A stretch of 15,007 nucleotides of DNA, taken from Promethearchaeota archaeon. Its GTDB lineage: Archaea; Asgardarchaeota; Lokiarchaeia; Sigyniarchaeales; SOKP01. Shown here piece by piece: positions 1 through 7,307 of the stretch. How positions within the stretch are numbered: position 1 is the first letter of the stretch; every line of letters begins with the position of its first letter. The translations under genes and the position numbers were made by a program. The notes beneath the pieces are model-generated. The model ran no database searches, was not told the origin of the DNA, and worked only from the letters and a program-made list of their open reading frames with translations. The DNA lies in the NCBI GenBank assembly GCA_016926735.1, contig JAFGOA010000039.1, positions 1-15,007 of the forward strand, in the 5' to 3' direction.

Positions 1-111
1 ACCGTAGGGACTACGGGAATTCACGCCTTTGGAGATCGTGTAAGACCTCATTTAATTGAGGTAGTGGTCGAGGAATTAGGAATCCAAATCCTTCAGGGTT
101 TGGTAGTTCAA
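1..111 (+). mobile_element. Right end of an IS200/IS605-family insertion sequence (truncated by window start)
   Basis: GC-richer than the flanking DNA. Subterminal hairpin CCAAATCC-TTCA-GGGTTTGG (84-103) is preceded by GAAT (80-83) and followed by TCAA (108-111), the guide/cleavage tetranucleotide pair known from the IS608 right end. Composition switches abruptly to AT-rich DNA after 111. Confidence 0.85.
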
Positions 112-114
112 TAA
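1..114 (+). CDS. tnpB: 3' tail of a TnpB-family RNA-guided nuclease gene (partial; could be a non-coding remnant)
   Basis: Frame +1 reads TVGTTGIHAFGDRVRPHLIEVVVEELGIQILQGLVVQ*. TVG-x-TGI-x-A-x-G resembles the common TnpB tail that follows the Zn ribbon/RuvC-III. The catalytic region lies outside the window. Confidence 0.6.
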   Translation, partial: TVGTTGIHAFGDRVRPHLIEVVVEELGIQILQGLVVQ

Positions 115-255
115 TAACTCATTAAAATAAAATAATCAGAATTAGTCTTTTTTCATTAAATTTATTTGAATTAATTACTTAGATTTGAATAGTTTTAATT
201 AAAATTAGATTTTTAAAAAATAATAAAAATAAAGATAAAGGTTGGATAATATTTT

Positions 256-3200
256 CTAATCTTCCAATCCTTCTTCTTCTAATAATGAGTCGAGATCAGT
301 TGTTTTCTTTTTCTCTTCTTGAATTTCTTCTTTCTCACGTGTTTTTTTTGATATTTCTGAAACTTTTAGATATCTTCCCTTTGGTTGTTTTGGTTTTTCT
401 GTTTTTTCCAGAGGACTTTCGATTTTTTTCTTCAGACGATATGAATATAACAAACTTATTACCCAAATGAATCCTATAAGAAGTAAAATAGGTATCATTA
501 TTTGATTCATTAAATCTTCAAAGATTGATCTATCTATAACATTAACATTCATCGTTAAAATTGTACTATTTATCAAATTTGTCTCTATATTTTTAGCTAT
601 AACTGATATATTAAATATTATGGTATTTGTTGGTATATCTTGAAATGATATTTCTATACCAACTATTGTAGATTGTGCTTGTCTAAGTTCATGCAGTACA
701 GAAGTATCTTGTTGTACTATATTATATAGAGGCATAATACCTGTTCCAGAGAAATCTAAAGAAATACTAGTTATATTTAAGATAGAATCTCCTGTATTTA
801 TCAAGTTGATAACTAAATAATTTTTTTTATTTCGAATGATAAAGGAATCTTGAAAATTTGCATTGATTGCTAACGAATCAACATATGTAAAGAAGTCTAT
901 TGTCATTGTGTAGGTTTCATTTAAATAAGTAGTTGAACCCCCCCACAATAATCGAATCGTAATAAAATCTTCTTCAATACTCATACCTTCTGTATCTATA
1001 GAAAATTTAACATAACCTAATGAATTCGTTGTTTTAGGAGAGTCTGTAATATTTTCCCACACACCAGAATTATTATATTGACAAATCACCTCAACGGAAT
1101 CTATAAGAGTTGTTTCAAATTCAGATGTAAGCACTGAACTTATATTAAATATATTTCCCTTTGTAGGTAATTCTGGATTAACATTAACATTTGTAAACTT
1201 ACTTGCTTCATGTAAAGAACGTTCGAATATAAATGGTGAATAAGAACTTAGAGAATGTTTATCGACTATATTAAGTAAAAATGTTGTATTTTGTGGATAA
1301 TATGTACAATCTTCTCTATTAAATACTTTTTCAAAAGCGAATGCAGTAGATGATAATGAGCTTTTCAAGGCTAAAATATATCCTTCAAAAATATCTTCTG
1401 TTTCATCAACAAGTAATGCATAATTTGGGCATTCATATATTCCAATTATTTCATTTTCTACATAGATCTTAACAAGTGTTTTAGCTCCTCCCATTCTAAT
1501 TGGTGCATTAACACCATTCCACGATCCACCAATTATTAAAGGGATGTCAAAATCTACAATAAATGATTTAATGTTTCCTTCATTTTGATCTCCTAAATGT
1601 TTTATATTTTGCGTTGTTGAAGTTTCATTAGCAATTATCCATTCATCATTTAATGATGAAACCAGTTCTACTGAAATTTTAACATTTGCATCGATTATAT
1701 CATCCAAATTCTCTAAGGTGATATTAAATTTAATATTTTCACCTGGATTAATAATTGATTCATTTTGCATAAATGAGTTAAGTCTAACTGTTAAATCTCC
1801 AATATAAGTTTCATATGAGTATTCTTGATTTATTACTGAATTATTAATTGCATAAAAATCATTTGAAAAAATGGATGTTTCATTTATAGAGGCAATATAT
1901 AAGTCATATGGTTGTGGATCTCTTGAATCAGGATCAGCAATTTTATATAATTCTTCTATCCTCAATATATTGTAGTCTAATTCTGAATCATATGTTAAAT
2001 TTCCAAAATTAATATTATATTGATCAATATATATTGGAATACTTTTACATCCAATTGAAGTACCATTTTTCCAAAACATACCTAGATTGTATGTTCCACT
2101 GTGAGTAGCTGGGTGAATAACATTAAGAAAAATGTTATTGTTAAATTCGTAGTAATATTTTTCTCTATTAGTTGATAAAGTTCCTGATGTATCAATAACA
2201 TTAGTTATAAAAACAGAACCATCTGGATTATACAAGGTAACATTAATATCTCCATTAGTAGGAGCTATTTTCTCATATCCTCTAATATCTGCTCCTATTT
2301 TCATTACATCTCCATCCATAAATCCTTGTATTTCCCATAATTTGCCTCCATAATCAAGATAACTATATACTTTGTCAATTGCATTATAACTTGTTGTATT
2401 AAGCTCATAGATGCCATCATATTCTTGTACAATCTCATAAGGAAGGATTAATTTATCATGAGTGTTATTTAAACGTTGTTCTCCATCAGTATCACCTAAA
2501 ACATTTTCAGTACCGTTAATTTGGGTATTAAGAGATGTACCCTCAAAATTTCTATCATAAACAAACCATAGATCTGCAAAGTCCCAATCTACAGAATAAC
2601 CGCTAAAACTTGCATCAAAATTAAAAATCCAATTAGATACATCATTATAATATACTGAATAAGTCGCACTTACATCGTGTTTTGAATATGCTCTAATATT
2701 ATTACAAGAGACATCAAAATAAAAGTCTGTGATTTCACTATTATCCCATGTCATAGTTATTGTATAATCTAAACTTCCTCCATTATCTATAGCGTTAATA
2801 AATGTATTATTCCATATTCCAAGACCCCATTGATATCCATCAGAAACACTATATTCAAAATATAGATCTTTTGTATCTTCAATTGGTATTCCATCAATTT
2901 GCAAAGTCTGAATATCGTTGTAGATAAAATCAGAAGGATTATATCCTCTTGTTACATTTAATTTAAAACCACTGGCATCTAAAAATCCTGATGAATGAGG
3001 ATTCCCTTGAGGTTCTATTTGTTCTCTTATCCAAACTGCTCCATCAAATTTTTTTAAGATATGTTCTCCATCAGTATCTCCCCAACCAGAGCTGTGAGTA
3101 TCTATTGTTATGAGGCTATAAACATCAGAATTATTAGTATCAAATCTAATGAAATAATTAAACAAATCTAACCTTAATGCGGTATTAAATTTAAAATAAT

Positions 3201-4356
3201 TTAATTTATCCTCTGTATAATTAGTAAGGGTTATTGAGTAATCTGATATAAGTGTTTGAGGATTTGCATTATCATCATATAAATTGAGATTATCTCTGTT
3301 TAAAACTTTTATTTCTGATTTGTAGAGAGATATATTAAGTTCTGTTGTTTCTGCTAAAGCGATATCTACTGTTCTTATCCATGCATAAAAACCATTTATC
3401 AGTGTATTATTACCCCTAATATCAAATTCTAAAGCTATTGGATATTGATCTTCTAATTCTACAGAAAAAGCATAGGTTGCATTTATACTAAATTCATGTA
3501 AACTTATTTGATATGAACCAGAACCATCAAAATGAAAATTAATACTAGTAAAATCACTCGAATTTACAAAATTTAGATTTGTGTTAATAATCTCCTCTTC
3601 TAGGCGATTAATCTCATCTGAAGCACCTGCTAATAAAGCTAGTTGATCAACTACTACTTCCCATTTTGAATTTGAATCGTCATATAGAGAAATTGTAAGA
3701 TCCGCATTAGCTGTAAGATTATATGATAACGTTGTAATAAATCCAAGTATTTCTTCTCTATTAAAATCAAGATTGCCATACCAACCCGATTGGAAAAATG
3801 TACTTGAGAAATCAGCATCTATTGTAAAATCTATAATTCCTGTAGATGTTGAAATGGATACATATGTATCATTACCAAAACCAAATAAGTCATCTTGAAA
3901 ATCTCCTGTCATAGATCCTGTATTTACAGTCATTTCAGTAGTATCTTTTTTGCATCCGAAATTAATTTGTTCTTCTAAAGGTAATTCTAAAGCATCATCA
4001 TCTTCCATAATATGCTCTGTTGTAAAATCCTCATCAAATTCAAAAATCATTTCTCCAGAATCAAGATATGTATTTATTCTGGGACCCTCAATTGTGAACT
4101 GCCCATTATGATTATTTGTTGAAGTAGAATTATTTTCAAAATATAGTCTTCCTTCTTGATCATATCCTGTTCCAGTATATGGATTATCAAAAGCGGCGCT
4201 ATTTAATAAATTATTAGGCCCATCATTTTCGCTATCAATATTATTTTCTATATTAGTTTCTGAAAAATTGAAAATTGAGAAACTTGATATTAGAAAAATA
4301 GAAATAACGATACAAGTAAATATTTTATTTCGTAGTTGTTTTTTGTGATAAAGCAA
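256..4356 (-). CDS. Large membrane-anchored cell-surface (glyco)protein, 1366 aa
   Basis: Basic N-terminus plus hydrophobic helix (signal/anchor); long D/N/T/S/Y-rich beta-type ectodomain with many N-x-S/T sequons; Ig/CARDB-like segments (e.g. INPGENIKFNITLEN, LVINLINTGDS); C-terminal TM (~aa 1286-1306) and ~60-aa charged tail. TTG start. Confidence 0.85.
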   Translation of the reverse strand: MLYHKKQLRNKIFTCIVISIFLISSFSIFNFSETNIENNIDSENDGPNNLLNSAAFDNPYTGTGYDQEGRLYFENNSTSTNNHNGQFTIEGPRINTYLDSGEMIFEFDEDFTTEHIMEDDDALELPLEEQINFGCKKDTTEMTVNTGSMTGDFQDDLFGFGNDTYVSISTSTGIIDFTIDADFSSTFFQSGWYGNLDFNREEILGFITTLSYNLTANADLTISLYDDSNSKWEVVVDQLALLAGASDEINRLEEEIINTNLNFVNSSDFTSINFHFDGSGSYQISLHEFSINATYAFSVELEDQYPIALEFDIRGNNTLINGFYAWIRTVDIALAETTELNISLYKSEIKVLNRDNLNLYDDNANPQTLISDYSITLTNYTEDKLNYFKFNTALRLDLFNYFIRFDTNNSDVYSLITIDTHSSGWGDTDGEHILKKFDGAVWIREQIEPQGNPHSSGFLDASGFKLNVTRGYNPSDFIYNDIQTLQIDGIPIEDTKDLYFEYSVSDGYQWGLGIWNNTFINAIDNGGSLDYTITMTWDNSEITDFYFDVSCNNIRAYSKHDVSATYSVYYNDVSNWIFNFDASFSGYSVDWDFADLWFVYDRNFEGTSLNTQINGTENVLGDTDGEQRLNNTHDKLILPYEIVQEYDGIYELNTTSYNAIDKVYSYLDYGGKLWEIQGFMDGDVMKIGADIRGYEKIAPTNGDINVTLYNPDGSVFITNVIDTSGTLSTNREKYYYEFNNNIFLNVIHPATHSGTYNLGMFWKNGTSIGCKSIPIYIDQYNINFGNLTYDSELDYNILRIEELYKIADPDSRDPQPYDLYIASINETSIFSNDFYAINNSVINQEYSYETYIGDLTVRLNSFMQNESIINPGENIKFNITLENLDDIIDANVKISVELVSSLNDEWIIANETSTTQNIKHLGDQNEGNIKSFIVDFDIPLIIGGSWNGVNAPIRMGGAKTLVKIYVENEIIGIYECPNYALLVDETEDIFEGYILALKSSLSSTAFAFEKVFNREDCTYYPQNTTFLLNIVDKHSLSSYSPFIFERSLHEASKFTNVNVNPELPTKGNIFNISSVLTSEFETTLIDSVEVICQYNNSGVWENITDSPKTTNSLGYVKFSIDTEGMSIEEDFITIRLLWGGSTTYLNETYTMTIDFFTYVDSLAINANFQDSFIIRNKKNYLVINLINTGDSILNITSISLDFSGTGIMPLYNIVQQDTSVLHELRQAQSTIVGIEISFQDIPTNTIIFNISVIAKNIETNLINSTILTMNVNVIDRSIFEDLMNQIMIPILLLIGFIWVISLLYSYRLKKKIESPLEKTEKPKQPKGRYLKVSEISKKTREKEEIQEEKKKTTDLDSLLEEEGLED

Positions 4357-4508
4357 TCAAATAACCGTTTGTAGCATATAATTTTATTAATTAAATAATT
4401 TAATAATATTAAAATTTCCTAAATTTTTTAAATTTATTAAAAATATATTGTTCTAAGAGAATTTTTAAAAATAATCTATTTATATTAATAAATTAAGAAA
4501 AGATTATT

Positions 4509-4514
4509 GGTGAT
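4509..4514 (+). promoter_or_regulatory. Shine-Dalgarno-like GGTGAT upstream of the M20 gene
   Basis: GGTGAT lies 10 nt before ATG 4525 and is complementary to the archaeal 16S 3' end (AUCACC). Confidence 0.55.
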
Positions 4515-4524
4515 TTTAATATAA

Positions 4525-5880
4525 ATGACTGAACAATCAATAATTGACTATATAGATAATAATAAGAAGGAATTTATTAATTTTTTGACTAAATTAATAC
4601 AAACAGACTCTTATAATCCTCCAGGAAACGAGTTAAATTTAGCAATAATTATAAAAAAATTTTTAGATGATGCAAATATTAAAAATGAGATTTTTAAATT
4701 TGGAAATAATAGAGCAAATCTAATAGCTTATTTAAATAATAATTTTGATTCTAAAAATATAATTTATAATGGACATATGGATGTTGTACCTCCTGGTAAT
4801 ATAAAAGAATGGAAATATGATCCTCTTTCTGGTGAAATAAAGAGAAATAAATATATTTATGGAAGAGGTACATCTGATATGAAAAGTGGTTTAGCTGCAA
4901 TGATTATATCATTAAAAATATTAAAAGTTCTTGATATTAATTTAGATGGAAATTTAATTTTACATAGTGTAGCAGATGAAGAAACAACTGGAGATGAGGG
5001 TACTAAATGGATGATTAACACTATTTCAGGTAATATAAATCCTCATTTTACTGTAATTGGTGAACCTACTAGTTTCAGTCCATTACCAAAATCAATCATC
5101 TTAGGAGAAAGAGGACATTTACAAATCAGAATAATTGCTAATGGAATTTCTTCTCATTCTTCATTTCCTGATATGGGAAAGAATGCAATTTATATGATAA
5201 ATGAATTTATTAATAAACTTGATAAGATAGATCATTATATTCCCAAAGTTAATCCACCTATGACTATAGAAGAATTAAAACAATTAATAATGGTATCATT
5301 TCCAAATAAGGAAGGTTTTACAAAATTTTACAATGAACAACCTTTAATACAAAACTTCTTAAAAGTTTTTACTGAATTGACTAAAAGTGTTACTATCATA
5401 AAAGGTGGTATAAAAGATAATGTTATTCCGGATATATGTGAAATAATTATAGATTTTAGGTTGCTACCATCACATAATAAAGAAGAAATAATTGCTGCAA
5501 TCAAACGAATTATCAATGAATGTGGATATAAATTAAAGGATCAGTTAGAAGATGGTAAAAAGGATATTTATTTCGAATATGATGTTTTATTAGATAAAGA
5601 AGCGTCTTATTGGAATAATTGGAAGGACTCCAAAGAACTAGCTCTTTTTTATAAAATTGTAGACAAAATTTATACTAAAAAACCATTTTATTTTTTATTC
5701 CCCGCTTGTTCTGATGCCATTTATTATAGAAATTCAAAATATTGTACAAACACAATTTTATTTGGTCCAGGTAATGCATCTTTAGCTCATGCTAATAATG
5801 AAATTATAGAAATCAATGATTTTATAAATTCAATTAAAGTATATACTTTATTCATTTATCATCTATTAAAAATAGAGTAA
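4525..5880 (+). CDS. M20 family metallo-hydrolase (ArgE/DapE-like deacylase/peptidase)
   Basis: Motifs NGHMDVVP, YGRGTSDMKSG, ADEE, GEPT, G-x-SSHSS-x-P-x-x-GKNAI, GGIKDNVIPD, DFRLLP, SDA, FGPG...AHANNE. All metal ligands are present. Confidence 0.95.
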   Translation: MTEQSIIDYIDNNKKEFINFLTKLIQTDSYNPPGNELNLAIIIKKFLDDANIKNEIFKFGNNRANLIAYLNNNFDSKNIIYNGHMDVVPPGNIKEWKYDPLSGEIKRNKYIYGRGTSDMKSGLAAMIISLKILKVLDINLDGNLILHSVADEETTGDEGTKWMINTISGNINPHFTVIGEPTSFSPLPKSIILGERGHLQIRIIANGISSHSSFPDMGKNAIYMINEFINKLDKIDHYIPKVNPPMTIEELKQLIMVSFPNKEGFTKFYNEQPLIQNFLKVFTELTKSVTIIKGGIKDNVIPDICEIIIDFRLLPSHNKEEIIAAIKRIINECGYKLKDQLEDGKKDIYFEYDVLLDKEASYWNNWKDSKELALFYKIVDKIYTKKPFYFLFPACSDAIYYRNSKYCTNTILFGPGNASLAHANNEIIEINDFINSIKVYTLFIYHLLKIE

Positions 5881-5974
5881 TTTTTTACATAAATTCTTAT
5901 ATCAACGATTTTTTGAATTTCGATAATATTTTTAATTATAATGAAAATCAAATTTCATAATTCTTTTCAAAATA

Positions 5975-5987
5975 GCAAAGATTTATA
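5975..5987 (+). promoter_or_regulatory. Candidate archaeal BRE-TATA promoter for the vWA-RING gene
   Basis: GCAAAG-A-TTTATA fits a purine-rich BRE followed by a TATA box. This is weak evidence in such AT-rich DNA. Confidence 0.3.
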
Positions 5988-6073
5988 GTTTTACAAGAAT
6001 AAATATAAAACATTAATTACAAATATATTTATCCTTCTTTTATATATAATTAAATTTCAAGGAATGAAAAAAT

Positions 6074-7255
6074 TTGGAAGAAATTAAAATAGAAGATACA
6101 GTTATCCTAATAGATTCTTCAAGATCGATGTTACGGAGTGATTTCAAACCGAACAGAATAACTATTGCTAAAAGAATGGTTTCAAATTTAATAGAAAATA
6201 AATTTCTCATAGATCCAAAAGATAGAATATCGATATTGAGTTTTGGAAAAACAATTCAAAAATTAAGCCCGTTTTCTAATGATGTTACATCCTTAAAAAA
6301 GTCACTTGAGTATATCCATATTTCTGGTAAAGGGGTATTACATGATGCTTTATCTTTTGCATTACAGATTTTAGTAGAAGAAATGAGAAAAATCGGTGGT
6401 AAAGTAACAAGAATAATTATAATTAGTGATAATAAAATGGAATTGAATGATAAAATTGAAAAAATTATTGAAATAACAAAAGGATTAGGAATTTTTATTG
6501 ACACTTGCCAATTAGGATTATCACAAGATTTTAAAAATAATATTCTTAGAAGAATTTCAAAGATTACTGGAGGGGAATTTGGATTTTTCAGTAATTCAAA
6601 GGCTATTATTAATGCTGGAAAAACGTTCGCTTCAAAAAAAATTCTCAAAAAGGCATCTGATTATTTTTCACCATATAAAAAAAAAGAACTCCCTCCACTT
6701 CTCAATGAAATCTCATTGCCTTTAAGACGGCCAACAATAATGGAGATCAGAATGATGATGAAGAATCAGGAAATAGGCCAGGATAAATGTCAGATTTGCC
6801 ATTCTAATAAATCTCCTTTAACTTCCACTGATTTCTTTTCTGAAGGAAGGTATTGTCCTTCATGTGAGAGACCAATGCATTTATCTTGCGCAGCATTATG
6901 GGCTAAAAAGACAGAATATGAAAATAATGTGTTTCGATGTCCTTTTTGTTACTTTCTTTTAAGGGTTCCACCATCAATGACTAAAATTATAAAAGATTAT
7001 GAAGAAAAAACACAAAAAATCAAGATACTTGATGAAACAGAAAAAAAAACTACTAAATTGATTTATATAAATAAACATAAAATAGAAGGAATAAATGCTT
7101 CATGTTCATATTGTCATAGTATTTTTCTGGGTGATTATGATGTTTTTCAATGTGAAACATGCAAATCATTTTATCATAAGCCTTGTCTTGAAAAAATGTA
7201 TAAGGAAATAAAAGCTTGTAGATATTGTGGCAACCAAATAGTATTTGATTCTTAA
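6074..7255 (+). CDS. vWA domain (Ssl1/p44/Rpn10-like) protein with two C-terminal C4HC3 RING-type zinc fingers
   Basis: vWA aa ~7-188: VILIDSSRSM (DxSxS), DFKPNR, RIIIISD, ISKITGG. Finger 1: C239,C242,C261,C264,H269,C272,(W276),C289,C292. Finger 2: C344,C347,C360,C363,H368,C371,C382,C385. TTG start preceded by GGAATGA. Confidence 0.9.
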   Translation: MEEIKIEDTVILIDSSRSMLRSDFKPNRITIAKRMVSNLIENKFLIDPKDRISILSFGKTIQKLSPFSNDVTSLKKSLEYIHISGKGVLHDALSFALQILVEEMRKIGGKVTRIIIISDNKMELNDKIEKIIEITKGLGIFIDTCQLGLSQDFKNNILRRISKITGGEFGFFSNSKAIINAGKTFASKKILKKASDYFSPYKKKELPPLLNEISLPLRRPTIMEIRMMMKNQEIGQDKCQICHSNKSPLTSTDFFSEGRYCPSCERPMHLSCAALWAKKTEYENNVFRCPFCYFLLRVPPSMTKIIKDYEEKTQKIKILDETEKKTTKLIYINKHKIEGINASCSYCHSIFLGDYDVFQCETCKSFYHKPCLEKMYKEIKACRYCGNQIVFDS

Positions 7256-7307
7256 GCTTTTTATTATATCAAAAATCATAGAAAAAAGATATAATATTAA
7301 AAGTCAG

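Larger units (their letters stand above)
1..131 (+). ncRNA. Putative TnpB omegaRNA/reRNA (scaffold ~1-111, guide ~112-131)
   Basis: Hairpins CCGTAG/CTACGG (2-16), ACCTCA/TGAGGT (45-62, extendable by GATCG 34-38 with TGGTC 65-69) and 84-103. GAATTA (73-78) can also pair with TAGTTC (104-109). TnpB guide RNAs are known to overlap the tnpB 3' end and transposon right end. Confidence 0.65.

Noticed and set aside
112-255. AT-rich quasi-palindromes here and in other intergenic regions (4357-4524, 8532-8666); searched for CRISPR arrays, tRNAs and tandem repeats
   Set aside because: No regularly spaced repeats or cloverleaf found; short A/T palindromes are expected at this base composition.
285-470. 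61-aa + strand ORF
   Set aside because: Antisense shadow of the K/E-rich tail of the surface protein; its F/L richness simply mirrors AAA/GAA codons.
5328-5516. 62-aa - strand ORF
   Set aside because: Antisense within the well-supported M20 gene; no motif.
6064-6087. Out-of-frame ATG mini-ORF (MKKFGRN) overlapping the vWA start, possible homopolymer error or uORF
   Set aside because: The ATG is part of an RBS-like GGAATGA suitably spaced from TTG 6074, so no frameshift is needed.
6256-6648. 130-aa - strand hydrophobic ORF
   Set aside because: Antisense within the vWA domain; the hydrophobicity is a codon-mirror artefact.
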